The translations under genes were made by a program, and so were the position numbers. Shown here piece after piece: positions 1-10,400 of a DNA stretch of 38,799 nt. The stretch's first letter is position 1; every line of letters begins with the position of its first letter. The notes beneath the pieces are model-generated. The model had not been told where the DNA came from. It saw only the letters and a program-made list of their open reading frames with translations, and did no database searches. The stretch is from Chloroflexi bacterium HGW-Chloroflexi-1 (GTDB lineage: Bacteria; Chloroflexota; Anaerolineae; CG2-30-64-16). The stretch is taken from positions 1 through 38,799 of the forward strand of contig PHCA01000014.1 of the NCBI GenBank assembly GCA_002842085.1, written 5' to 3'.

Positions 1-308
1 CGCGCTCCAAGGCATCGACCAGCCGGCGCATGGCCGGGAGCACCTCGCCGTTCAGCTCGTTGAAAAAGGCGGTTGCCCCGCGGCCTTGCCAGCCGCCCCC
101 TGCTAAGGACTGAGGATTAAATAACTTGGGCAAGTCCCCTCTTCATTTGCCGGAGCAGATGAGTAAGTTATTTAGTCCTTAGCCCTAATGGTCGCATGGC
201 TCGCTGCACGCGGTCGGTCAGCTCCTGGTTGGCTCGGGCCTGGCTGCCGAAGCGTCTAGCCAGGTTGGCAAGCTCGTCGTACCAGGCCTGGATGAAGTCG
301 CTGGACAT
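1..308 (-). pseudogene. WXG100-domain protein interrupted by a MITE; runs off the window edge
   Basis: ATG at 308 reads MSSDFIQAWYDELANLARRFGSQ...AMRPL, then hits a stop at 168-170 inside the insert. Removing 107-185 plus one TAA restores the frame: RPL-AGGGWQGRGATAFFNELNGEVLPAMRRLVDALER, matching the other two WXG100 N-termini. Confidence 0.85.
107..185. mobile_element. 79-bp MITE with 21-bp imperfect terminal inverted repeats and TAA target duplication
   Basis: Left end GGACTGAGGATTAAATAACTT versus reverse complement of right end GGGCTAAGGACTAAATAACTT (18/21). TAA at 104-106 and 186-188. Confidence 0.9.
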
Positions 309-366
309 GGTTCGTGCCTCATCGATGATGAACTGGTCCAGGGCTGACCGTCAGAGATCACCGGCC

Positions 367-1176
367 TTACAGGCTCTTGGCCAGCAGGTCGCGAATCTCC
401 TCCGCCGTCGCGGTCTTCACCAGGAGCGGCGCCTTGGCCTCCTGGCCGGCCGCGGGCGCCACCCACCAGGCATGTTTACCGTTTTGCACCAGGGTGAACT
501 CACGCGAGCGCACTGCCTGGTTGCCTTGTTGTTTCAGCGTTTGCAGGATCGAGACGCGCGGGGAGGAGACCAGCGTGGACACCAGGGCGCCGGCTGCGGC
601 GTTCGGGACGCCGGCTTGCGTCAGCAAAGCCGTCGCGCGCGCCGCGTCGCCGGCACTGGCGAGTTGCCGGGCATCGGCGAAGTCCTGGCGCGGCACGGTG
701 AACTCCAGCGGTTGCGCGACGGGCACATCCCCGCACTCGCAGAAGGCCAGCACCTGGTTGACGAGATCCTCCTTGGATTGCAGCAAGGTGAACCGGTGCA
801 ACACGGCAGACGGTCGGGTGTGGACGACCACGTCGGCGCCACGGATGTGCCCGAAGAGGCGGTGCGGTGCTTGACCACCTGACGGCCAATGATAGGCCAG
901 CACAGCATCTTGCGAGTAGGCGCAGACGCCCACGGCGGTCAGCAAGGCGCGGTGCACCAGCAACTCACCGTCGGCCCGAATTTGCGCCAACTCGCGGGCC
1001 AGCAAGGCGCGCCTGGCAACCACCACGGCAAAAGCCTGTTGATCAGGCGCCAACTCTCCCGTCGGCTCGCGATCCAGGCCCGGGATCGTCGGGGCGCGCA
1101 GCACGTCCAGGATCGCCAGCAGCTCCTCGCGCGACAACAGCACTGTCAGCGGTTGTGATCGAGACTCCTCGTTCAT
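367..1176 (-). CDS. EspG-like T7SS chaperone candidate (269 aa)
   Basis: N-terminal LSREELLAIL...ARRALLARELA...LLTAVGVCA resembles the EspG family pattern. Start overlaps the stop of the upstream WXG100 gene. Paralogue of 14610-15398. Confidence 0.55.
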   Translation of the reverse strand: MNEESRSQPLTVLLSREELLAILDVLRAPTIPGLDREPTGELAPDQQAFAVVVARRALLARELAQIRADGELLVHRALLTAVGVCAYSQDAVLAYHWPSGGQAPHRLFGHIRGADVVVHTRPSAVLHRFTLLQSKEDLVNQVLAFCECGDVPVAQPLEFTVPRQDFADARQLASAGDAARATALLTQAGVPNAAAGALVSTLVSSPRVSILQTLKQQGNQAVRSREFTLVQNGKHAWWVAPAAGQEAKAPLLVKTATAEEIRDLLAKSL

Positions 1177-2351
1177 GGTGCTCCTTTCGACTTGTCCTTG
1201 ATAGCTTTGCCCAACAGTGCCAGGAACGGGCTGAGCGCGGCCAGGCCCATCGGGATGCCCACATTGGCCTGCGCAGCTAGCTGCCCCGCGGCCGCCCCAC
1301 TGCCGGCTCCGCCCTGGGCCGCAACGCTCGCTGGCGTGGCTTTCACTGCGGCGCCGAGGCTGCCCGCGCCGCCGATGCTTTGGTAGCGTAGCGGGCCAGG
1401 CGGCAGCGCGGCTGCCGCCTGGCTGCCGGCGCCGGCGCCGTACCCTTGCCCAAACGGGCTGCCGCCACCGGATGGCTGGCTCATGCCGGCGCCAGTGCTG
1501 GGACCGCCACCTCCCGGCGAGCCACCACCGCTGCCCATGTCACCACCACCCCCGCTGGGAGCGCCACCTCCACTGGACCCGCCGCCGAGACCGCTGTCCA
1601 TCCCGGCGCCAGCGCCGCCACCCATGCCGTCGCCGAGTCCGCCGCCACCAGCGCTGCCACCCATGCCAGCGCCGTAAGCCTGGTCAACCCCGGAAAGCCA
1701 GTCGTCGGGAACGCTGAAGTCGCCAGCGCCGCCCCCCAGCCCACCGCCGCCGGCGCCGCCGCCGGCGAAATCGCCGTCAGAGCCATACCCGTAGTCATTC
1801 TGTATCTGGTCCAACCGCGCATCATCGATGTCGCCGGGCATGAAACCACCGTCGTCCCAGGCGCCTCCAGCCCCCCCACCGAGATCACCGATAGGATGTG
1901 TTTCACCGCTGTTGGCGAAGAAATCGCCGATGGTCTCACCCGTTCCTCCTACACCAAGGCCGCCGCCGATGTCGCCACCGACGTCGCCTCCCGCACCGCC
2001 GATGCTGCCCCCTGCATCGCCGACCGCGCTCCCGATCGCAGCCCCGCCACCGGTATCCTGGCGGAAGGGTGAGGCGGCCTGCTCCTCGGCGTTGCGCAGG
2101 ACTTCCTCGATCTGTTTTGTCACGCGGTCGGCCTCGGCCAGCGCAGCCGCCAGGCGCTGTACCGCCGGCAGGACCTTGTCCGACAGCTCTGCGAAGAATG
2201 CCTCCGACCCCTTGCCGACCCAGGCCGGCCTCAGCAGAGACATCTGGCGATGCAGATCGCTGTGCATCTGGCGCATCTTGTTCGCCTGCTGCGCGAAGCG
2301 TTTCGCCAGGGCCGCCAAAGACTCATAATTCGCCTGAATGATATCCGCCAT
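1173..2351 (-). CDS. WXG100-domain protein with long Gly-rich low-complexity tail (392 aa)
   Basis: About 95-aa helical N-terminus with WVG (AWVGKGSEAFFAEL), then a Gly/Asp/Ala-rich region and a hydrophobic plus basic C-terminus. AAGGAGG RBS upstream. Confidence 0.85.
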   Translation of the reverse strand: MADIIQANYESLAALAKRFAQQANKMRQMHSDLHRQMSLLRPAWVGKGSEAFFAELSDKVLPAVQRLAAALAEADRVTKQIEEVLRNAEEQAASPFRQDTGGGAAIGSAVGDAGGSIGGAGGDVGGDIGGGLGVGGTGETIGDFFANSGETHPIGDLGGGAGGAWDDGGFMPGDIDDARLDQIQNDYGYGSDGDFAGGGAGGGGLGGGAGDFSVPDDWLSGVDQAYGAGMGGSAGGGGLGDGMGGGAGAGMDSGLGGGSSGGGAPSGGGGDMGSGGGSPGGGGPSTGAGMSQPSGGGSPFGQGYGAGAGSQAAAALPPGPLRYQSIGGAGSLGAAVKATPASVAAQGGAGSGAAAGQLAAQANVGIPMGLAALSPFLALLGKAIKDKSKGAP

Positions 2352-2405
2352 GGTTTACCCTCCTTGCGTCAAACGGATTCTCGATTTTGGGCTTATTGCC
2401 CAGTC

Positions 2406-2921
2406 CTACATCGTATGCAGGTACAACAGTACTTGGTTGCCAACGATCACCACATAGCCATCCTGCAGGGAGCCCTTTGCAAATAGCTCCGGTTGAAAGC
2501 GCCGCGCTGCAAGCCTTAAGTAGTCCGGATATAAATCATCAACCACGAATGCCTCCCGGATTGTCTCAGGGAACCAGGATTGAACGAAGGTCTTAGCAAC
2601 ATAGACCACACTTGGATTGGTCTGCTCAACCATTTGCTTCTCTAGTTGGAGGATGGCTGCGTCAGCGAATTCCAATATGGCAACCAACTCGAAATCAGTT
2701 GGGCCGATGCCTGCGGTACGGACACCTTTTTCGGTTGTCTGCCAACGCGCCTCAAGGGGCGGCATAGGAAGCTCGATCAACTTGCCTAATTTGATGGCGT
2801 CTGTTTCGTACGATATTGTCATGGTAGGCTCCTTAACGGGTCGCGTTTCCGGACCGCTTTGGCATGCGCCCAGAAGCAATAAGATCACGATCATAGTCAA
2901 TAGGAGTATCATTGCTCTCAT
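2406..2921 (-). CDS. Lipoprotein, candidate orphan immunity protein
   Basis: Signal peptide with lipobox LLLGA-C. Visibly more AT-rich than neighbours. ATG at 2921 overlaps the upstream TGA (TGATG). Confidence 0.7.
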   Translation of the reverse strand: MRAMILLLTMIVILLLLGACQSGPETRPVKEPTMTISYETDAIKLGKLIELPMPPLEARWQTTEKGVRTAGIGPTDFELVAILEFADAAILQLEKQMVEQTNPSVVYVAKTFVQSWFPETIREAFVVDDLYPDYLRLAARRFQPELFAKGSLQDGYVVIVGNQVLLYLHTM

Positions 2922-3531
2922 CAAGTGTTGAACACCAGTAGATAGATGACGAGCGTTTCCGCAGTAAGATTAATGACCACCAGGTTATATAGTGAGTCAG
3001 ATAAAGATTCGTAGGGGCAGTGCCTTGCGCCTGCCCTGGGCGACCGCAAGGGATCGCCCCTACCACGAAACATTATCTGAACTTTGCGTCCGGGACTTGC
3101 CACCAATCTGTGGCGTCCGCAAACGGCGCTTCGGTCGAGAGGAAGGGGGTGTCGCCCGGCGCCAGCGGCTCCGTCACACCGAGAGCGGCCAGATAGGCAG
3201 CCAGGTCACTACTTGGCAGGTTGAAGCGGGCAATGACCATCGTGTCCAATGCCGCTTCTCCCATCGTGTGGATCTCGGTAGCACTGGCAGGCATCGGCTG
3301 ACCGATGCACTGTTCGACGGCCTTACGATCGAACTGTTGGGTCAAGAATCGCATGGGATCGAAGGTCTGGGTTTCTGGCTTCTTCATATTGGGACTCGCC
3401 TCGCAGGCGGTTAATGCGACCAGCGCAATCAGGAAAAGCGCCACTCTTATGGCCGTGCAACTCGATAAGGGGCGGTGGGCGTTCGCCAATTGCCCCGTAT
3501 CAGACCCGGTTAGCTTAGAACAGTTTATCAT
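2921..3531 (-). pseudogene. Lipoprotein disrupted near its 3' end by a palindromic insert
   Basis: Lipobox VALTA-C. The ORF stops at 3073 inside the 2997-3080 element. A plausible C-terminus (YNLVVINLTAETLVIYLLVFNT*) continues in another frame to a stop coupled to the next gene's start. Confidence 0.6.
2997..3080. repeat. 84-bp palindromic element containing a GTAG-type REP pair
   Basis: Outer inverted repeat TCAGATAAAGATTCGT / ACGAAACATTATCTGA (14/16). Inner GTAGGGGC...GCCCCTAC at 3011-3063. Confidence 0.75.
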
Positions 3532-3546
3532 AACCTATCTCCATTC

Positions 3547-3680
3547 GTAACTACTCAGCTTGTCATTGCGAGGAGGTGTTTTTTGCGGTTGCGAGGCACG
3601 CAGCAAAGCAATCGGGATTGCCGCAATCCGAGATTGCTTCGCAAAAAACGCTCGCAATGACACGGCGGCTGAGTAGTTAC
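3547..3680. mobile_element. MITE with GTAACTACTCAGC terminal inverted repeats, copy 1
   Basis: Perfect 13-bp TIR enclosing a GTCATTGCGAG...GCAATC / GATTGC...CTCGCAATGAC palindrome. Inverted relative to the copy at 38610. No target duplication seen. Confidence 0.85.
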
Positions 3681-3728
3681 GAAAACCTTATGAACGTTGT
3701 CTGCTTGCCGTAAAACTTTCGACGAATA

Positions 3729-4436
3729 TTAGCCATCCGCCGCTTTCTCGGCAGGGCTAATGGCGCCCGCTTCGGCAGCAACGGGCGCGGCCGGCTGAGC
3801 GCGCACGATGAACTTGAGCGCCAGGTCGCTGCGATCCAGGCGAAGCGCATCCCCTGGGTGCAACGCCTGCCGTCGCGCGCCCAACGGTATCGCGGCCGAG
3901 CCGTCCTGCGGCACGAGGGAAGCCGGATTGCCCGACAAGTTTTCGGCGTACCACACGCCGTCTTGCTCGGTCAGCTTCACGTGGCGCCGCGAGACCCGCA
4001 GACCGGTGGTGTATGACTTCAGATCGACCGCGACCAGCTCGTTGAGCGGCTGGCGCTCACTGGCTCGGCCTATGATCGCCGGCTGCCAGTGGATCCTGTA
4101 TGCCTGGCCCATGCGTGGCTCGCGCAGGTAGATCGGTTGCGAAGGCCGTCCGGCGCCCTCCGGCAAGGGCAGATCGATCTCCTCCAACCGCAATCGCGCG
4201 CCTTCCTGGAGCCCCTGCTGCCCGATCGGTGTCTCGTCATCCAGCGGATAACCGTCTGCCGCGCGCACCAGCCGATAGTCGGCCGGGGTGTCGCCCAGGT
4301 ATTCCAGCTCGCGGAACTCCTGTAGGATCGTCTCGACCAACTGGGGCGGCTTCAGCTCGGGGAGCGCCAGGGCCTGCTGGTCGGTCTTCTCGAAGATATC
4401 AATACGCAAATCGAGACGTTTCTGGCTGGATGCCAT
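3729..4436 (-). CDS. YukD/EsaB-like ubiquitin-fold domain fused to an FHA domain (235 aa)
   Basis: N-terminal ...YRLVRAADGYPLDDETPIGQQGLQEGARLRL fits the YukD pattern. C-terminal IIGR...VSRRH...WYAENLSGN are FHA signatures. Confidence 0.75.
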   Translation of the reverse strand: MASSQKRLDLRIDIFEKTDQQALALPELKPPQLVETILQEFRELEYLGDTPADYRLVRAADGYPLDDETPIGQQGLQEGARLRLEEIDLPLPEGAGRPSQPIYLREPRMGQAYRIHWQPAIIGRASERQPLNELVAVDLKSYTTGLRVSRRHVKLTEQDGVWYAENLSGNPASLVPQDGSAAIPLGARRQALHPGDALRLDRSDLALKFIVRAQPAAPVAAEAGAISPAEKAADG

Positions 4437-4454
4437 TGGTTTCGCTCCTTCATG

Positions 4455-7400
4455 TTATCCAACTTCGTCGGCGCGGCTGCTCCCGCCCGGCGGCGGGAAC
4501 ATCTCATCGACCGCCATCAGGATCGAGGTGTCGTCCATAACCCCCGCCATGCTGTCGATGCTGTCGTCGGTCAACCCCATCTCCCGCTGGCCCTGCCACC
4601 ACACCTGCTTGAACAGCGGCATCAGGGAGGCGGTATCGCTCCAGCTCGCTGCGTCGAGCGCACCCAGCGCGGGCGCCACGATCGGCGTTGCACCCGGCGA
4701 ATCCTGCAGGCGTTTTGCCTCCCACTGCAGCGCGCGTTGCACACGCGCCATCGTCTCCAGCGCCTTCTCGCCCTGCTCGGGGGCCGGCGCGTCCCCGGCG
4801 GCTGCCGGCGTCTGACCGTTGCCCTCCGCGGGTGCGGCCGACCACGTCGCCCGGGGGCCAGGATGCCGGTCCAGGAGCATCTCGATCCACCAGTCGAGCG
4901 CCTGGGGGAGCTGGTCTTCCTCCTCCGAGCCGGAGCCGGGTGGCAGGTTCAGGCCATCGTAAGGGCTGGCGACCTGGATCATCGTGGGCAGCCCCGACTT
5001 AACCGCGTAGCCACGGCCGATCGCCAAATCCTTGCCGCTGCGGAAACTGGCTGGGATGCGCATCACCCGCAGCGCGTCCAGCGAGCCCGGGGTGCGCAGG
5101 CCGACGCCGAAATAGGTGGCCTGCACCGCCCGCCTGAACTCACTGATGCCGCTGTCGAGTGCACCTGCCAGGACGAAGTGGGCTCCGTCGCGGCCGTAGC
5201 GGCGGGCCACGGTCGCCAGATCCTGTACCAGCTCGCTGTGGCGGTCTATCTCCTCAGCGATATCGTCGTAGTTATCGATCAGGACGAAAATCTCGCGCAC
5301 CGGGACGCGCGTCGCCAACGCCTGCGCCTCGGCCTTCAACGCACGCGCCATGGACACCAGCTCGTCCAGCTCGTTGACCGTGGCGACCACGTGGGGCAGA
5401 TCGTCCAGCCGGCGCCGGCCGCCGTACTCGACGAACCGGCGCTGCGGATCAACCAGCACCAGCAGCACTTGTTCGGGCGTGTAGCGGTAGGCCAGCGACA
5501 GCACGAAGTTGACCAATGTCGTCGTCTTGCCGGAAACGGGCGGGCCAACCACCAGGAAGTGTAGGCCGGTACGCTTGAGGTCGAAGACGGCCGGCTGCAA
5601 GTCGCCGCTTTGTCCCAACACCGCCTCGACACGATTCGTCCTGACCGCGGGGGACCGCTCCAGCATAGACTTCAGCGGCACGATCTCCGGGAGGATGTCG
5701 ATGTGATCAGGCTTCGACCGCCAGGCCCGCCGGCCAGCCGCCATCTCGGCCGCCATGTTGCCGGCCAGCAGACGCAACTCATCCGCCTCCAGCCGCGTGT
5801 CACGGCCATCTGCCCCCGGCAGCGCGCCGACCGGGAGGGCCGCCTGGAACAGCATCGGCCGGCGGCTGATGCGGATGTAGCCGCGGCCCGGGATGTCGTC
5901 GATCTCGATGGCCCCGCGGCCGACGATATCCATGTAGCGATCCGGATTGCTCTGCTTGAAGGTGATCTGCTCGCCGATGAGTGCCAGCAACCGGCTGGGC
6001 AGGTTGTTTGGACCGTTGGCAGCCATGACGAAGCTGATACCGGCCGCCAGCGAACGACGCACCAGCGGAGTCACCATGGCATCGATGAACAGCTCGTAGT
6101 TCTCGTGCAGCGGTGCGAAGTTGTCGATCACCACCAGCACCGCCGGCAACGCCTGGTCGGGGAAGCGCGCGTTGTACTCGTAGAGATTGCTGACCCCCGC
6201 AGCGGCCAGGGTCTGGCTGCGTTCGTCCGCCAGGCGAGTCAGCTTGTCCAGCAGGCGCTGGAGTCGCTCATCGAAGCTTTCCTCGTCGGCGTAGAGCACG
6301 GCGCCCATCTGCGGCAACGCCTCCAGGCTGCGGTAGTTACGGCCGCCCAGATCGAGCACGTGGATGTGCAGCTCGTCCGGCGAGTGAGTCGCGGCGAGAT
6401 CGACGATCAGGCTGCGCAGGAACGACGTCTTGCCCCAGCCAGAATCGCCGAACACGGCCAGGTGTTGGCGGGTCAGATCGAACCCTAACGGCGTCTGCCG
6501 CGCTTCTGCCGGATCATCCACCAGGCCGACGGCCGGCCGCATGGCCCCACTTTCCCAGTTCACGCCCGGCCAGAGATCGACCGTCTCGCCGTTGAGCCAG
6601 TCGGTCACGGCCTCGTTCAGCACAAAGGAGCGCTCGGCCTGAGCATCGAAGATGGCTGACTGCAGGCTGATGCTGTGGGGCGGCCGCGGCAGGAAGGCGG
6701 GCCATGGCTTGCGAGCCATCTGGCCCCCGGTCAGCTCGCCGGCCAGCATCACCACCGCGTCAAACAGCTTCGGCACGTCATCGCCGGCGAAGGTTTGGGC
6801 CGGGCGCGGCCGGGCGGGCCAGGTTACCGGCGGCTCACGATCGTCCGGTTGCGACTCGCCGGTGTAGGATACCTGGATCAGCTCCAACGGCTCGTTGCCG
6901 ACCTGCAGGTAGCCGCGGCCCGGCATCCCGTTCGGGAGGAACGCGGCGTCGGACCGGCGCAGCATCTCCTGGCTGGTGTCCGTCTGCTCCACCCGCAGGC
7001 ATAGCTTCAGCTTGATGTTGGCGCGCATCTGGTCGGTGACGCCCTTGGGCCGCTGCGAGGCCAGGATCAGATTGACGCCTTGGGAGCGGCCCACGCGGGT
7101 AATGCTTTCCAACTCATCCTTGTACTCCGGGTTGTCATCGATCATCTCCGCGTATTCGTCGATGATGATGAACAGGTGCGGATACGGCTCGCGGGTCAAA
7201 TGCCGCCCCTTGCGCCGGTACTCGATGATGTCCTTGGTGCCCGTGTCGGCGTTGAGCTGCTGCCGCCGCCGAATCTCGGCGTTGATCGCCGTGAACATGC
7301 GATTGACGGCAGCCTTGTTCAGGTTGGTGACGCTGTCCACGCAGTGCGGCAGCCGCTCGAACGGCTTGAACGCGCCGCCGCCCTTGTAATCTACCAGCAC

Positions 7401-10400
7401 GAAGTTGAGGATTTCCGGCGAGTAGTTCAGCGCCAGGCCGACGATCATGGTCATCAGCGCCTCGGACTTGCCCGAGCCGGTGCCGCCGGCCAGCATGCCG
7501 TGGACGCCGTCCCGCTTCGCCTCCAGGTGGAGCCGGCGCGGCTTCATCCCCGACTTGATGCCGATCGTCGCCTGCAGCCAGTCGGCGGCCTCGGCGGTCG
7601 CGTTACGCGCCCAGGTGCGGGCCATCGCGGCCTTCAGCTCGTCCAGGAACGCCCGGTCCGGGCTGAGGCCGAGCTCCTCCGTCAGCACCTGGCGATAGGA
7701 CGAGTTCTTGGGCAGTGCGTCGATACGCAGCGGCTCGCGGAACTTGTGCGTCGCGGCAGTTGCCGCCACGAACAACTGCATCTGCGCGCCGATGGCGCGA
7801 ATCTGCGCCGCCTCGCCGCGAATCTGGCCGGCGCTGAGCTGCGTGCCCGGCGGCAGTGCGATCTGGAACGCCAACGGTTGGCGGTCCACCCGCGTGAAGC
7901 CGCGGCCGGCGATCTCCTCCACCTCAGGGACGCGCGCGCCGACGATCCCGGCGTAGTCATCGGCCTCCGCTAACCGCAGCGTCAGCCGCTCGGTGAAGAG
8001 GCTGAGCAGCCGGCCGGACAGCACGTTCAGCCGGTTGGCGGTGATGACGAAGTGGATGCCGTACGCCTTCGACTGGCGCATCAGCGCCACCAGGGCCTCC
8101 AACAGGTTACTCGCGTCGTTCGCCTTGTCGTCGCCGCCGAAGGTTTCGATGTACTCGCCAAAATTGTCGATCGCGACCAGGATGGCCGGCTCGACTTTGC
8201 CGCTCCCGGCGCTGTTATACTCCGGCAACGTAGATACGCCCGCCTCGGCAAAGAGTTTCTTGCGCGCATCCAAGACGTCGTTCAGCTCGCGCAGGAGCTG
8301 CTGTACGCGCTCCTGGTAGCCCGGCTCGTCGGGCATGATGACGGTGCCCACCTGCGGCAGGCTGCGCAGCACCTCCAGATTGCGGCCGCCCAGGTCCAAC
8401 ACGTGCGCCTGGAACTCGTCCGGCGAATGTGTGCCGGCCAGGCTCAGGATCAGCGAGCGCAGGAAGGTCGTCTTGCCCCAACCGGAGGCGCCGAACATCA
8501 CCGCGTGGCCCTTGTTGAAGTCGACCAGCAACGGCAGTTGGCGCGCGTTGTACGGGTCATCCAGCAGCCCCGCCACCGCCCGCATGGCTTGCTTCGTCCA
8601 ATCGACATCCGGCCAGGCGCCTTTGCCGTCCAGCCAATCCTGCAGGAACGGGTTGAGCGCCAGCGGTTCGGCTGGCCCCAGCGGCGCCAGCGAGCGATAG
8701 GCCGGCTCGAAGTAGCGCTCGGCCAGGGGACTGGCCATGGTCAGCGCAGTGGGCAGGAAGGGCGGCCACGGGGTGCACGGCCGCGCCACCTGCCCCTCCG
8801 CCAGCAGATCGTTAGCCATGTCCACGATCACGTCGTAAAACTTAGGGGCTCGGCCACCCTCGCGCACCTCGGCGTAGGGGTAGGTCTCGCCGGTGTAGGC
8901 GGTCTGCATCAGCTCGATGCCTTCGCTGCCCACCTGCAGATAGCCGCGGCCGGGCAGACCACCCGGCAGGAACGCCGCGTCGGAGCGGCGCAGCATCTCG
9001 CGGCTGGTTTCGGTCTCTTCCACGCGCAGGCAGATGCGGAACTTGATGTTGGCTCGCATCTGGTCGGTGACGCCGATGGGCCGCTGCGCGGCCAGCAACA
9101 GGTTGACGCCTGCCGAGCGGCCTACGCGCGTGATGCTGTCCAGTTCCTCCTTGAACTCCGGGCTTTCGGAGATCATCTCGGCGTACTCGTCGATGATGAT
9201 GAAGAGGTGCGGATAGGGCGCGCCCGTCTGGTGATAGCCCTTCTGCCGGTATTCGACGATGTCCTTGGTGCCGGTGTCAGCGTTGAGCTTCTGCCTGTGC
9301 AGCATCTCCGCGTTGATCGCGGTGAACATGCGCCGGACGGCGGCCTTGTTCAGGTTGCTGATCGAGTCCACGCAGTGCGGCAACTCCTCGAACGGCTTGA
9401 ACGCGCCGCCGCCCTTGTAGTCCACCAGCACGAAGTTGAGGATGCTGGGGTCGTAGTTCAGCGCCAGCCCAACGACCAGCGTCATCAGCAGCTCGGACTT
9501 GCCGGAGCCGGTGCCGCCGGCGATCAGGCCGTGCACACCATCCCGCCTGGCTTCCAGGCGCATCTCGCGCGGCCGGTCGCCCGAGACCAGGCCGAGGGTC
9601 ACCTTCAGCCAGTCTGCGGTCTCGCTCTTGACGCTCGCGGCCCACCTGCCGCGCGTGATCTCCTTCAGCCGCGGCAGGAATGCCTCGTCCAGCGCCAGAC
9701 CATGCTCGCGCGCCAGGAGTTGCTTAAGGAGCACTGCTTTGGGCAGCGCACCGATCACCACCGGCGTCCGGTACGGTTTCGGCGCGCGCGCTATGAAGGC
9801 GCGCATGTTGGTCGCCAGGCGCTCCAGCTCGGAGTTTTCGTTGATCTGCTCGCCCCCGGCGGCGGCCGCCGCGTGCAACGCATCGGTCCGGTCGGCCCGT
9901 TGCAGGTCCACAGGCAGGGCCACCTGGAAGCTGAGCGCCAGGCGGTCGAGGCTGACGTAGCCGCGGCCGGGGATGTCGGCGATATCGGGCGCCGCCGCGC
10001 CCACGATGGCCCGGTAGTCGGTCGCGTCCCCCAGCTTCAGCGTGAAGCGCTCGGTGAAGAGGTTGAAAAGCTGAGTGGAGAGCACGTTGAGCTGGTTGAC
10101 CGTGACGATCAGGTGGACGCCGTACGGCTTGCATTCGCGGGCCAGGGTCACGAATTTGTCCAGCACGGTCTCCACGTCCTCCTTGCCGCCGCCGAACGTC
10201 TCCTTGAATTCGGTGAAGTTGTCGATGGCAACGACGATGCCGGGCAGCGGATCGTTGGGGTGGCTGGCGTTGTACTGGTAAATATCGCCCAGGCCGGCGT
10301 TGCTCAGGATCGTCTTGCGCTTGTCGACGATGGTGTCGAGCTCGCGCAGGAGCTGCTCGACGCGTTCCTGGTAGCCTTCCTCGTCAGGGTTGATCACGGC

